Counted from the whole stretch's first letter, positions 1 to 13,450 are shown. The stretch is 62,152 bases of DNA, filler included, from Chiloscyllium plagiosum (GCF_004010195.1; 4 parts of one record of this genome joined end to end with filler, not necessarily neighbours in it); one strand, 5' to 3'. Numbers and translations are program-made. Notes: generated from the sequence alone by a model not told the origin.

Positions 1-134
1 ACCCGGAGGAAACCCACGCAGACACGGGGAGAATGTGCAAACTCCACACAGTCAGTCGCCTGAGTCGGGAATTGAACCCGGGTCTACAGGCGCTGTGAGG
101 CAGCAGTGCTAACCACTGGGCCACCGTGCCGCCC
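1..134 (-). mobile_element. HE1-type tRNA-derived V-SINE (5' part, runs off the window edge)
   Basis: The reverse complement begins GGGCGGCACGGTGGCCCAGTGGTTAGCACTGCTGCC...GGGTTCAATTCCC (pol III A/B boxes), followed by TGTGTGGAGTTTGCACATTCTCCCCGTGTCTGCGTGGGTTTCCTCCGGGT. Matching copies lie at 16459, 25097, 37882 and 53484. Confidence 0.85.
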
Positions 135-390
135 ACTGTTTATTTTTGTAAACTTGTAAAAATGTTAAATTTCTAATAAAAATATCTATAAAAAAAAGAG
201 TCTATATTAATGATTTGGATGAGAATGTACAAGCCCGGGTCTACAGGCGCTGTGAGGCAGCAGTGCTAACCACTGGGCCACCGTGCCGCCCACTGTTTAT
301 TTTTGTAAACTTGTAAAAATGTTAAATTTCTAATAAAAATATCTATAAAAAAAAGAGTCTATATTAATGATTTGGATGAGAATGTACAAG
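77..390. repeat. Exact 157-bp tandem duplication (77-233 and 234-390)
   Basis: The two copies read identically, including the A8 run. The unit contains a SINE head, an A-rich tail and the start of a CR1 fragment. Confidence 0.95.
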
Positions 391-1307
391 ACGTGATTAG
401 TAAGTTTGCAGATGACACTAAAATAGGCGGTATTGTGGACGGTGCATAAAGTTATCAGAAATTGCAGCAGGACCGTGATCAGCTGGGGAAGTGGGCCAAG
501 AAATGGCAAATGGAGTTTAATATAGATAAGTATGAGGTGTTGCATTTTCGAAAGTCAAATCAAAACAAGATTGGGTATTATGGTAGGGCCTTAAGGAGTG
601 TAGTGAAACAGAGGAATCTTGGAATTAGGTGCACAGTTCCCTGAAAGTGGAATCACAGATAGACAGGACAGTGAGGAATGCTTTTGGCACACTGTCCTTC
701 GTCAGTCAGGGCATTGAGTATAGACGTTGGGAAGTTATGTTGCAGTTATACAGGATGTTGTGAGGCTGCATTTGGAGTATGGTGTTCAGTTTTGGTCACC
801 TCATTATAGGAAGGATATTATTAAACTGAAAAGAATGCAGAAGAAGTTTACAAGGATGTTACCTGGACTCAATGGTCTGAGTCATAGGGAGAGGTTTGAC
901 AAGCTAGGATATTTTTCTTTAGAGCGTAGGAGACTGAGGTGGGACCTTATCACGGTGTATAAGATCATGAGAGGCATGGACAGAGTGAATTCAGTCTTTT
1001 TCCCAGGGTTGGGGAATCGAGGACGAGAGAGTATCAGTTTAAAGTTAGAAGGGAAAGAATAGAAGGCAATCTGAAGGGCACCTTTTTATTACACAGAAGG
1101 TGGTGTGCATATGGAATGAGCTACTAGCAGAAGTGGTTGAGGCGGGTACATTAACAACATTTAAAAGGCATTTGGACAAATACATGGATAAGAAAGGATT
1201 AGAAGGATATGGGCCAAGTGCGGGGAAATGGGGTTGACATTTTGGTCAGCATAGACCAGTTTGGGCCAAAGTGCCTGTCTCCATGCTGTAGAATTCTATG
1301 ACTCTAT
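358..1307 (+). mobile_element. CR1 LINE 3' fragment (RT C-terminus and 3' tail), degenerate
   Basis: KFADDTK motif at ~403-423. ORFs 462-644 (WAKKWQMEFN) and 727-1062 (LEYGVQFWSP..LERRRLR). Tail ends TCTATGACTCTAT. Confidence 0.9.
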
Positions 1308-1384
1308 AATTTCTATTCCTAGGGACTCCTGCCATTGCTGTTCCACTGTCTTTCCATTGAGACGTATAAAATTATTAATGGATT

Positions 1385-1729
1385 GGACACTCTGGAATCA
1401 GGAAGCATGTTTCTGCTGATGGGTGAGTCCAGAACTGGAGGACACCGTTTTTAAAAAAGGGTAGGCCATTGAGAACAGAGTTGAGGAGAAACTTCTTCAC
1501 CCAGAGAGTAGTGGATATATGGAATACTCCGACCCAGAAGGCAGTGGAGACCAAGTGTCTGGATACTTTCAAGAAAGAGATGGATAGAGCTCTTAGAGAT
1601 AGTGGAATCAAGGGTTATGAGGATAAGGCAGGAACAGGATACTGATTGTGGATGATCAGCCATGATCATAATGAATGGAGGTGCTGGCTCGAAGGGCCAA
1701 ATGGCCTACTCCTGCACCTATTGTCTATT
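1385..1729 (+). mobile_element. CR1 LINE 3' tail fragment (second subfamily)
   Basis: RNFFTQRVV..WN-type end, then GGCTCGAAGGGCCAAATGGCCTACTCCTGCACCTATTGTCTATTG. The same tail occurs at ~60062-60212. Confidence 0.8.
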
Positions 1730-3850
1730 GGGCTCCTCTCCCAGTCAATTCTACCCAGCTCCTCCCTCATGGCTCTGCAGTTGTCTTTATTCAGCTGTAA
1801 TACCATTACTTCTGATTCCATCTTCTCCCTCTCAAATTGCAGAGTAAAGTCAATCATATTATGATCACTGCCTCCTAAGGGTTCTGCCACTTTAAGCTCC
1901 TTTATCAAGTCTGCCTCATTGCACAACACTAAACCCAGTATTGTCTGTTCCCTCGTGGGCTCCACCACAAGCCATCTTGTAGACATTCCACAAATTCCTT
2001 TTCTTGCGAGCCACCACAACCTGATTTTCCCAGTCCGCCTGCATATTTAAATCCCACATGATCACTTTGTCTTTCCTACACATCTTTTCTTTGGTGTATC
2101 TTGCGCTCCAGCTCCTGACTGCTGTTTGGAGACCCGTACGTAACTCCAACAACGTTTTTTTTTAACCTTTGCGGTTCCTCAATTCTATCCACACAAATGC
2201 TACATCATCTGAACCTACTTTGTTTCTTACTATTGATTTAGTTTCATTTCTTACCAATAAGAGAACCCCATTCCCTCTGCCCACCTGCCTATCTTTTCAG
2301 TACGATGTACAACCTTGAATATCCTGATCCCCTTGCAGCCACCTCTCCGTGATGCCCACCATGTCATACCTTCCAATTTTGATCTACGCCAAAAGCTCAT
2401 TTATCTTATTCCTTATACTGTGTGCATTCAGTCATAACACCTTGAGTCCTGTATTAACCATCCCTCTTCTCATTGTCATTCGTATGTCTGGTGTGCTTGA
2501 AGCTTGATTGCTAATGCTTTCCAAACACTCTGTCCTATTTGAGTCTGTGCTGGAGACTTTAATAACCTCCTTTAAGTTCTGTACTCTTACCTCCTCCTTT
2601 AATTCAGGTTTTTGAAATTCCCCTATAACTGAATCCTTTCCTCCCCCCCCATTTAGTTTAAAGACCCGTCTACAGCCCGAACTATGCAATTCACTAGGGC
2701 TCTGGTCTTAGCACGGTTCAGATGAAGACTGACCCATCATAACAGGTCCCTTCTTCCCCAGTATATGTGCCAATGTCCCATGAATTCAAACCTATTTCTC
2801 CCACACCAATCTTTAAACCACACATTTATCTTCTTAATCTTATTGACCCTTTCCCAATTAGTTCATGGCTCAGGTAGTAATCTAGAGATTATTATCCTTT
2901 TTGGTTCTGCTTTTTAATTTAGCTCTGAGCTGTTCATACTCCCTTAACAGAACCTCTGCCCTAGTTTTATCTATGTCATTGGTACCTACGTGAACCACGA
3001 CCATTGGATCTTTACCCTCCCACTCCAAGTTCCTCTGCAGCCCAGATGAGATATTCCGAACCCGAGCACCAGGCAGGCAGCATAACCCTCGGGATTCTCG
3101 ATCCTGGTCACAGAGAAGCGTGTCTGTGCCTCTAACTATACTATTCACAATTACAACAACATTTTCTTATCTCCCCCCATTTGAATGGTTCCCTGCACCA
3201 CGGTGCTGTTGTTAGTTGGCTCATCCTCCCTGCAGTCCCCATTTCTGTCCATACTGGGAGAAAAACTCTTGAATCTGTTGGACAAGCATAGAGGCTGAGG
3301 CTCTGGCAAATCCATCTCCTGGATCCCACTACCTGCCTCACTCATAGCCACACCCTCCTGTCCCTGACCACAGGTGAATTTGAGTTAGTTCATCTAAGGG
3401 GTGTGACTGTCTCCTGAAAGACAGAGTCCAGGTAACCCTTCCCCTCACTGATGTGTTGCAATGTTGGAAGCTCAGACTCCAGCTCATCAACTCTGAGCCA
3501 GAGTTCTTCCAGCAACCAACATTTACTCCAGACATGGTCACTGGGAACCACAATGGTGTCCACCATCTCCCACATCATGAAGAAACAACACATCACCTGA
3601 CCCTCCATGCTTATTTAATTAGTTTTATATTTAATTAGCATTTATTTGTTTCTTCATCTGCGTATTTTCTCAATCTGAATGCAAGTTGTAATTAATAATT
3701 TGCAAAGATTCAAAGTTAGCAGATTTCCTAATAACCAGTAAAATCACAGCTCTCTTGTGACATCACTTTCCAGTTTCCCCCTCAGAATCAAACTCTTAAC
3801 TTCCCAGGCTGCTCTCCCCGCTCGATCCTGCTTAGTTCTGTCCTGACGTG
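1730..3850 (-). mobile_element. CR1 LINE 5' half: ORF1 (Zn-finger plus SGNH/esterase-like domain) and APE endonuclease, degenerate
   Basis: ORF pieces CCFFMMWE..CWLL (3390-3608), CCLPGARV..VVVHVGTND (2882-3148) and EPTREQTILGLVL..LGGSDHNMI (1666-2019). Confidence 0.85.
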
Positions 3851-3904
3851 AAGGCCATAAATCCACAAGGTATGTTTGATATCATGTCAACACTGACAGT
3901 GTCT

Positions 3905-4048
3905 GATGTGGAGGTGCCAGTGTTGGACTGCGTTGGAGAAGGTCAAAAATTACACAATACCAGGTTATAGTCCAACGGGTTTATTTGAAAGCACTAGCTT
4001 TTGAACACTGATGAAGGAGGAGCATCCTGAAAACTAGTGGTTTCAAAT
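3905..4048 (+). mobile_element. Short PLE-derived fold-back element with hammerhead-like core
   Basis: CCAGGTTATAGTCCAAC..TTTGAAAGCACTAG is mirrored by CTAGTGGTTTCAAA. CTGATGA at 4008-4014 and GAAA at 4029-4032. Related pieces at 24778-24840 and 47170-47405. Confidence 0.65.
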
Positions 4049-4049
4049 G

Positions 4050-4770
4050 ACAATATAGTCATTTCCTTGGACATGAAAGAGATCAAGGATTTGATTTTGG
4101 ACTAAGGATGGGCAGGGACACCGTGTGGTGTCAATTACTTTTTTGCATACCTCGTGGCCCTTAATAAAAATTTGGTATCACTTCTGACATACTGACAATC
4201 TATTGAAACTTCTCATCTCCATTTGTCCATAGGTGACAAGTGAAGCTTTGAAGGATATTTGGTTGCAATGATTCTAATATGATGATCTAAATTCCTTTAA
4301 AAATGTCTCCTTGGGAGACGCCAAGATAATCCCAAAAAGGCCAGTATGGTCTCGTTCAAGATGGTGCTAAATTGAATCAGGCCATCATTACTCAGTGGTC
4401 AATGGTTTTCTCCAAATTGTCTCAAGTGACTTATAGTCAGTCTCTAAAATAAATCTTTTGCCAAATAGATATGTATGAAATGCACTACTCTAAAATTGAA
4501 GTGAATATATCCTCTTCACTAAGTTGAATAATTGTAATTAACTATAAACAGAGCTTTTGAAGCAAATGCAATCCGTTTGCTCTTTTATAGTATGCATGCT
4601 CCCATACATTTTTGCGAGACATCTATCTCCAGGAGGTTGTCTCACTAAGGTTAAAAAATATGCAATTTAATGCTTCCGGTAGTGACTGCTTCACAGAGTC
4701 TCGAAGTTGCACACTGGATTTGCTATAATGTCCATTTCATAACTTGTAAAGTGAGCATGTTTTAAACAAA
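4050..4770 (-). mobile_element. Ancient Ty3/Gypsy pol remnant (RNase H to integrase)
   Basis: Manual minus-strand translation gives LEIDVSQKCMGACIL*KSKRIAFASKAL and FHTYLFGKRFILETDYKSLETIW (Gypsy RNase H), then DLFHVQGNDYIVI (start of the integrase core). Confidence 0.75.
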
Positions 4771-5002
4771 CTATCAACTGTGATTATCATTCCCTGATGA
4801 GTATCATTTAATGATGATCATGAAACTATTGTGGATTGTTCTAAAAACTCATCTGGTTCACAAAATTATGATGAGACACTACACAAATTCGGCCTGTTTT
4901 CTCAAGAATTTAGAAAGTCAAGGTGTGATCTCATTGAAGTGAAGGTAGTAACAGGAAAAGACAGGGTAGATAAAGGTAAACTATTTCCACTAGTTGGGGA
5001 TT

Positions 5003-7033
5003 AGAGTCATAGAGTCATACAGCACGAAACAGACCCTTCAGCCCAACTCGTCCATGCTGACCAGGTTTCCTAAATTGAACCAATCCCATTTGCCAGGATT
5101 TGACCCATATCCTTCTAAACCTTTCCTATCCATGTATCTATCCAAATATCTTTTAAAGGTTGTAATTGTACTCACCTCTACCACTTCCTCTGGCAGCTCA
5201 TTCCATATAAGCGCCACGCTCTGTGTGAAAAAGTTGCCCTTCAGGTCACTTTTAAATCTTACCCCTCTTACCTTAATCCTATGCCTGGACTCTCCTACCC
5301 TGGGATAAGACCTTGGCTATTCACCTTATTTGTGCCCCTCATGATTTTATAAACTTCTATAACATCTTCCCTCAGCTTCTGAGCTGCAGGTCTCTCCTTA
5401 CACCTTAAGGCCCCCAGTCTTGGTAACATTCTTGTAAATCGTTTTTGCACACATTCCAGTTTAATAACATTCTTCCTTTATCAGAGCAACCAGAATTGTA
5501 CCAATGTGCCCTTTACAATGTCTCGTACAGCCATAGCATGATGTCCCAAATCCAGTAACTTAATGCTCTGATCGATGAAGACAAGAGTGCCAAATGTCTT
5601 CTTCACCATCCTGGTAAAAACAATGACTGCACATGCTGGAAACCAGATTCTGGATTCGTGGTACTGGAAGAGCACAGAAGTTCAGGCAGCATCTAAGGAG
5701 CAGCGAAATCGATGTTTCGGGCAAAAGCACTTCATCAGTAATGGGATTGGTTTCTTCACCATCCTGTTTACCTGCGAGGCCACTTTTAATGAACTATGTG
5801 CCTGCACATCTACGGCTCTATTCCTATTATCACAAGCATGTGGCACAGAGAGTAATCCAGAGATTACTATCGATGAGGTCCTGCTTTTTTTAAAATCTCC
5901 TGTTTAACTCCCCATAGTCACTCTAGAGGACTTCTACCAATGTAATTAGTACCAATGGGTACAACAACCTCCGGCTAATGATGCTACCCTTTGAGAATTT
6001 GTTGCAAATGTTCCAAGATGTCTTTGACTGTGGTACCAAGGCAGCAACACACCATCCTGGAGTCTTGATCGTGACCTCAGAAATGCCTGTCTGTGCCCCT
6101 GACTAAAGAGTCCCCTATCACAATTGTTTGCTTGGACTTTGCCATACCCTGCTCTACAACAGAGCCTGGCTGGTGCCAAAAACCTGGCTGCTGCTGCTAT
6201 TTTCCTCTGACAGGTTATCCCCACAACCCATCCAGTAGCATCCAAAATGGTATACAGCTGTACTTGTTTGAGAGGGGAATAGCCACAGGAGACTCCTGCA
6301 CTACCTGCCTAGCTGTCCTGGCAGTCACCCATTTACCTGGGTGTACCTGTGGCATGACCACCACCCTGAAGGTACTATCTATCACACTCTCTGCTTCCTG
6401 TATGCTCCTCAGTGCATCCAACCAATCCATGCTAGAGAGGACCTACTGCCAGACACACTTCCCTACAGTCAGTTGACCTGATCTCCCAAATCTCTGACAG
6501 GAGGAGCATACCATTGGAGAGCACTTCACTGACTGCCATCTCTGCCCCTTTAACAACAAGCAGACTTGGGGGAAAAAATTCTTACTCTAACCTTGTTGCT
6601 GCTCACCCGCCTCAACAAAGCCTGATATTCACCTAGACCCGATCTAACCAGCAGCACCTCAACCACAAATCAGCCCTTGGCAAAAATGGCCACAGCACAA
6701 CATAGTAATGGTTCCCTCTCCCACTTGCCTAAATTCCCACATTTAGCTCAAATCACATCAAGTGCACACTCTGTGCTGGAAGAATATAGGACTGTTATAG
6801 TCCAAGGCCTGCGAGAACTAGATCCAACCAGTTTACTTAAATAGATTAAGTAGCTACAGAACTAGGAGAGATTGTTTAAACTTTCCTCGGCCTGAAAAAA
6901 GTACAACCCTTAAATGTCTACCCTTTCCCTTACCCACGATTTTAGATTTGAAGAATGCAAACAATTAAGATCTATACTCAAACTCCCATACTTAGCTCAA
7001 CTCCCAGTGATTGCACACTCTTGTTGGTTGCAC
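5003..7033 (-). mobile_element. Internally deleted CR1 (3' tail at 5003, ORF1 remnant at ~5860-6480)
   Basis: Terminal AGAGTCATAGAGTCAT repeats at 5003. ORF 6215-6430 contains RQVVQESPVAIPLSNKY, the same ORF1 motif seen at 12401 and 30760. Confidence 0.75.
5614..5751 (-). mobile_element. 138-bp PLE-derived hammerhead-bearing insertion with 15-bp TSD
   Basis: TTCTTCACCATCCTG at 5599-5613 and 5752-5766. The minus strand reads CTGATGA-A-GTGCTTTTGCCC-GAAA-CATC (~5738-5711). Confidence 0.8.
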
Positions 7034-7342
7034 TAAAACTATGGGCACAGTCTGAAAATTAGGGCCAAACCATTCAGAAGAGATGTTAGGAAGCATTTCT
7101 GCACAAAAACAGTGGTAGATATTTGTAGCTCACTTCCACAGATGGCAATGGATGTTTTATCAGTTGTTAATTTTAAGATTGATTTTTGTTAATTAAAGGT
7201 AGTAAGGGTTTTGAGCTAAAGGCAGGTATATGAAGTTAGGCCACAGTTCAGCCATGATCACTTTGAATGGTTGAGCAGGCTCAAGGACTGTCTGGCTGAG
7301 TCCTATTCCTATGACCTATTTATTGCCATTCTTTGTTTCCTG

Positions 7343-7953
7343 TGCTATAGACAAAACCAGACTGCCTCAAAATATTTTTAGAATGTAGCCTAGATCTTAA
7401 CGTTTTCTAATTTTAAAGGTAAATGTAAACTGCCATGTTCCAGATGCAGTTCGACTGGTCAAACTACTCAACATTAAGCAAATCATAATATATTCAAACA
7501 TTATAGTCAAAATACAACAAAGGAAAGAGAAAACTTAATAGAATAATGGATATTGTAATTATTACTAATTAACTGTTCCAATATAGTAACATCCCATAAA
7601 CACATTGCCCTCGTCAAAAAGGCAAATTCAGAAATCAGATTTTCTCATATGCAATCCAGAGAGAGAGAAAAGATATCAAGTTAAAACCCAGAGTAGCAGT
7701 CAAGAGACCTTAACTGCAGCTTCCAACCTTGTTGAGACACCAGCAGCTACTGATGCTGAATGTCAAAGCTTAAAAACTAGAAATCCTGGTCTATGAGAGC
7801 TGGCAACACCCATCCAGGATTCTTCTATTGTTCCAACTTTCTAAAATCACCAAGGCCTCACAAGCTGCTTACTGGCATTTCAACTAGGCAGATCAAAACC
7901 TCTCTTTAAAACAAAAACACAAAATAACCTCTTAAAGCAATACCATGATCACA
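7343..7953. mobile_element. Putative solo LTR
   Basis: ~610 bp of non-coding sequence bounded by TG...CA, with a 3/4-matching 4-bp flank (CCTG/TCTG). There is no second copy in the window, so the call is tentative. Confidence 0.4.
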
Positions 7954-7989
7954 TCTGTCTGCCAACCAGTTCTCAGGCCATTTCGTAAA

Positions 7990-8100
7990 ATCCCTACAGT
8001 GTGGAAGCAGACCATTTGGCCCATCAAGTTCACATTGACCCTCCAAAGAGGATCCCGTCCAGACTTAGCCGCCCTACCCTATCCATGTAACCTGCATTTC
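7990..8100 (-). mobile_element. HE1-type SINE 3' tail fragment
   Basis: TCCCTACAGTGTGGAAGCAGACCATTTGGCCC.. matches the reverse complement of the SINE tail at 25100-25200. Confidence 0.6.
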
Positions 8101-8567
8101 TGACTCACTGGCAAGACAGACACGACAGAGGTGACAGCACAGTTGTGTAGGTAGTAAGGGAGTTACTGGAAAACTTCAACATTGAATCCTAACCCATAAA
8201 GTCTCATGGCATCAGATCAGCCACGGACATAAAAACCTCCTGCTGACTACCACACATCATTACCTCTGTCCACCTCTGATGAATTGAACATAGAGGAAGC
8301 ACTGAGGCGAGGGTACAGAATGCACTCATGTTGGAGGACTTCAATTTCCATCACAAAGAGTGGCTGAGCATTACCACTATCTACCATGTTGGCAGAGTCC
8401 AAAAGGACAAAGCTGCAACATTGAGTCATGGCAGATGGTAAGGAAACCAACAAGAGAAAAATAAAAATCATAATTGATATCATTCTCACCATGCTGCCTG
8501 TTTCAGATTCCTCTGTCCATGACAGTATAGGTAGGCATGACTACTGCAAACTCATTCTTGAAGTAAG

Positions 8568-9115
8568 TCATAGGAGCCATACAGCATGGAAACAGATCCT
8601 TGTGTCCAACCAGTCTATGCCGACCATAATCCCAACTAAATTAATCCCACCTGCCTACGCTTGGCCCATATCCCTTCAAAAAATTCTTAATAATGTAATT
8701 ATCCAAATGTCTTTTAAATGTTATAACTGCATTTGCATCCTCTGGATGTTCATTCCACACATGATCCACTCTCCATATAAAAAAAAAGTTGCCCGCATGT
8801 CTTTTTTAAATCTTTGTCCTCTCACCTTAGAAATAAGTCTTAAAATTTCCCACCCTTGTGAAAAGATACCTGCCATTCACCTAATCCATATTGCTCATGA
8901 TTTTATAAGCCTCTAAGATCATCCCTCAACCTCCTACACTCCACTTAAGAAAGTCTTCACCTATCCAGCTTTTCTTTATAACTCAAACCCTCCATTCCTG
9001 ACAACATCCTCGTAAATCTTTAATGAACTTTCTTCAACCTAATAATTTCCTTCCTGTAACAGTGTGATTATAACTGGACACAGTAATCCAGAAGAGACAT
9101 CACCAAGGACCTGTA
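8568..9115 (-). mobile_element. CR1 3' fragment, degenerate
   Basis: Reverse complement of the CR1 tail (GTCATAGGAGCCATACAGCATGGAAACAG...) followed by RT C-terminal sequence. Confidence 0.75.
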
Positions 9116-9150
9116 AACAAAGGGATAGAAAAAGAGAGGGAAGAAAAAGA

Positions 9151-12100
9151 GAGTCATAGAGATGTACAGCATGGAAACAGACCTTCAGTCCAACACGTCC
9201 ATGCCGAACAGATATCCCAACCCAATCTAGTCCCACCTGCCAGCACCTGGCCCATATCCCTCCAAACCCTTCCTATTCATATAACCATTCAGATGCCTTT
9301 TATATGTTGCAATTGTACCAGCCTCCACCACATCCTCTAGCAGCTCATTCCATACACGTATCACCCTCTGCGTGAAAATGTTGGACCTCAGGTCCCTTTT
9401 ATATCTTTCTCCTCTCTTTCTAAACCTACACCCTCCAGTTCTGGACTCCCCCACCCCAGGGAAAAGACTTTGTCTATTTTTCCTATCCATGCCCCTCATG
9501 ACTGTATAAAACTCTATAAGCTCACCCCTCAGCCTCTGAAACTTCAGGGAAAACAGTCCCAGCCTGTTCAACCTCTCCCTATAGCTCAAATCCTCCAACT
9601 TTGGCAACATCCTTGTAGATCTTTTCTGAACCCCTTCAAGTTTAACAATATCCTTTTGATAGGAAGGAGACCAGAATTGCATACAATATTCCAACAGTGA
9701 CCTAACCAATATCCTGTACAGTCGCAACATGACCTCCCAACTTCTGTACTCAATACTTTAACCAATAAAAGAAAGTATACCAAACGCCGCCTTCACTATC
9801 CTATCTATCTGCGACTCCACTTTCAAGGAGCTATGAACCTGCACTCCAAGGTCTCCTTGTTCAGCAACACTCCCTAGGACCTTACCATTAAGTGTATAAC
9901 TCCTGCTAAGATTTGATTTCCCAAAATCCAGCACTCCGCATTCATCCGAATTAAACTCCATCTGCCACTTCTCAGCCCATTGGCCCATCTGATCAAGATC
10001 CCGTTGTAATCCGAGGTAACCTTCTTCGCTGTCCACTACACCTCCTATTTTGGAATCATCAGCAAACTTACTAACTGTACCTCTTATGCACACATCCAAA
10101 TCATTTATATAAATGATGAAAATAGTGGACCCAGCACCGATCCTTGTGGTACTCCACTGGTCACAGGCCTCCAGTCTGAAAAACAACCCTCCACCACCAC
10201 CCTCTATCTTCTGCCTTCAAACCAGTTCTGTATCCAAATGGCTAGTTCTCCCTGTATTCCATGAGATCTAACCTTGCTAACAAGTCTCCCATGGGGAACC
10301 TTGTCGAATGCCTCACTGAAGTCCATATAGATCACATCTACCACTCTACCCTCATCAATCCTCTTTGTTACTTCTTCAAAAAACTCAATCAAGTTTGTGA
10401 GACATGATTTCCCACACAGCCATGTTGACTATCCCTAATCAGACCTTGCCTTTCCAAATATATGTACATTCTGTCCCTCAGGATTCCTTTCAACAACTTG
10501 CCCACCACCGATAACATCAGGCTCACTGGTTTATAATTCCCGGACTTATCCTTACCACCTTTCTTAAACAGCGGCACCACGTTAGCCAACTTCCAGTGTT
10601 CCGGCACCTCATCTCTGACTATCAATAATACAAATATCTCAGTAAGAGGCCCAGTAATCACTTCCCTACCTTCCCACAGAGTTCTAGGGTACACCTGATC
10701 AGGTCCTGGGGATTTATCCACTTTTATGTGTTTCCAGACATCCAGCACTTCCTCCTCTGTAATATGGACATTTTTCAAGATGTCACCATCTATTTCCCTA
10801 CACTCTATATCTTCTATATCCTTTTCCACAGTAAATACTGATGCAAAAAACTCGTTTAGTATCTCCCTCATTTCAAGCAGCTCCACACAAAGGCCCCCTC
10901 GGTGATCTTTGATTCTCTCCCTATTTACCTTTTGTCCTTAATGTATTTATATAAATCCTTTGGATTCTCCTTAACTCCATTTGCCAAAGCTATCTCATGT
11001 CCCCTTTTTGCCCTCCTGATTTCCCTCATAAGTATACTCCTACTACCTTTATAATGTTCTAAGGATTCACTCGATCTATCCTGTCTCTACCTGACATATG
11101 CTTTCTTCTTTTTCTTAACCAAACACTCAATTTCTTTGGTCATCCAGCATTCCCTATACCAACCAGTCTTTCCTTTCACCCTGACAGGAATATACTTCCT
11201 CTGGACTCTCATTATCTTATTTCTGAAGGCTACCCATTTTCCAGTCATCCCTTTACCTGCAAACATCTGCCCCCAGTCAGCTTTTGAAAGTTCTTGCCTA
11301 ATCCTGTCAAAACTGGCCTTTCTCCAATTTAGAACTTCAACTTTTAGATCTGGTCTATCCTTTTCCATCACGATTTTAAAACGAATAGAATTATGGTCGC
11401 TGGCCCCAAAGTGCTCCCCCACTGACACCTCAGTCACCTGCCCTGCCTTATTTTCCAAGAGTAGGTCAAGTTTTGCACCTTCTCTAGCAGGTATATCCAC
11501 ATACTGAATCAGAAAATTTTCTTGTACACACATAACAAACTCCTCTCCATCTAAACCCTTAACACTATGGTAGTCCCAATCTATGTTTGGAAAGTTAAAA
11601 TTCCCTAGCATAACAACCCTGAGATCTCCTTAAAAATTTGTTTTTCAATTTCCCTCTGACTGTTAGGGGGTCTATAATACAATCCCAATAAGGTGATCAT
11701 CCCTTTCTTATTTCTCAGTTCTGCCCAAATAACTTCCTTGGATGTATTTCAGGGAATATCCTCCCTCAGCACAGCTGTAATGCTATCTCTTACCAAAAAT
11801 GCCACTCCTGTTCCTCTTTTGCCACCCTTTCTGTCCTTCCTGTAGCATTAAGCTTGGAACATTAAGCTGCCAGTCCTGTCCATCCCTGCTCCCTGGGTCC
11901 CACTCCCCCCACACCTTACTAGTTTAAATCCTCCCGAGCAGCTCTAGCAAATCTCCCTGCCAGTATATTAGTCCCCTTCCAATTTAGGTGCAATCCGTCC
12001 TTCTTGTACAGGTCACTTCTACCCCAAAAGAGATTCCAATGATCCAAAAATGTGAATCCTTCTCCCGTACACCAGCTCCTCAGCCATGCATTCATCTGCT

Positions 12101-13450
12101 CTATCCTCCTATTCCTGCCCTCACTAGCTCGTAGCACTGGGAGTAATCCAGATATTATTACTCCCAAGAACCTCCTTTTTAAATTCCTGCTTAACTATCT
12201 GTAATCTCCCTTCAGAATCTCAAACCTTTCCCTTCCTATATTGTTGGTTCTAATGTGTACAATGACTTCCTGCTGGTCCCTCTCCTCCTTGAGAGCATTA
12301 TGCACCCTCTCTGAGACATCCTTGATACTGGAACCAGGGAAGCAACACACCATTCCTATTTTTCTGCACCTCGGACTAGAATGTCCCCTATCATAATCGA
12401 TCACTTGGAACCCAATGTACTCCTCATTGCATTACAGCCTGTCTCAATATCAGAAGTTTGGCTGTTCGTGCTACGTTCCCCTGAGAATCCATCACCCCCT
12501 ACATTTTCCAAAACAGCATACATGTTTGAAATGGGGAAAGCCACAGAAGACTCTTGCACTACCTGCCTGCCTCTCTTACCTTTCCTGGAGTTATCCCAAC
12601 TACGTGACTGTATCTGAAACTTTTCCCCCTTCGTATAACTGCCATCCATCACATCTCCTTGCTCTTGTAAATTCCTCACTGCCTCGAACTGTCTGTCCAA
12701 CCGATCCATTCGATCTGATAGGATTCGCAACCAATGGCATCTATTGCAGATATAATCCTCAGAAACCTGTAAACTCTTCCTAAACTCCCACATCTGACAA
12801 GAAGAGCACTTCACTCTCCTAAAGGCCATTTTTGCTCCTTCACAATCGACAGACCCAGAAAATAGCACTATCTTGTTCTTCGACAAAATACTGCTCCAGG
12901 TTAAATTAATTGTTAATGGCTTATATCTTAAGTTTAATCAAGAAACATATCTCAATAAAACATATAATCAAGAAAGAAGCTACTCTACTCACTACTGCAG
13001 ACTTACTATAAGGCCACGCTTAAATATTCACTTACCTGTTTCTGCACTGTGACCTCTCCCAAACAGGTTCCTCCAAGATCAGTTGTGAATTTCACTGTTT
13101 GTTAATTTTCCCAGATGCACTCCGATGTCCAGCGATACATGAATTCAAACATCAAAGGCAGTAGCTGTGCAGGTACACTGTGATGTCAGTTAGCAATGTG
13201 GGTTTCTTTCTCTCTCTCCTGCACTGACCTCACCATGTGCTTCCTTTGCCTGTACCTCTCCCTTTTAAAACTGCTGTTGTTTTGACTTGTTTCTTCTCCA
13301 AAGTTCCAAAACAATGCAACAGCATATAAAACAGTAATTGCTGCTCCTGGAATTCAAGGAAATCGCCTCCAATACCTAAAATACCTCAAAAAAAGGAGCA
13401 GCTTTACAGCCAGAAATTTTTCCTGTTTTCCATCTTGGATTATCCAGAGT
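9151..13450 (-). mobile_element. Near full-length CR1 (HER1-like) LINE: 5'UTR, ORF1 (Zn finger plus esterase), ORF2 (APE-EN plus RT); inactivated by frameshifts, stops and a deletion near 11.9 kb
   Basis: ORF1 pieces at 12401-12886 (CSSCQMWE..CNRC), 12195-12404 and 11919-12167 (DGLHLN). ORF2 pieces at 11087-11611 (GNFN..SDHN), 10389-10886 (KSPGPD), 10204-10392 (YMDFSEAFDKVPH), 9758-10186 (KFADD) and 9227-9730. 3' tail at 9151. Confidence 0.95.

Larger units (their letters stand above)
4890..7315 (+). mobile_element. Old CR1 3' fragment split in two (4890-5002 and ~7034-7315) by a younger CR1 insertion
   Basis: The left part ends ...TTTCCACTAGTTGGGGATT and the right part resumes CTAAAACTATGGGCACAGTCTGAAAATT (LFPLVGD|SKTMGHSLKI). 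Confidence 0.65.

Noticed and set aside
1..134. tRNA-like A/B boxes read as tRNA genes (also at 16459, 25330, 37940 and 53484)
   Set aside because: They are SINE heads, continuing into SINE body and tail sequence.
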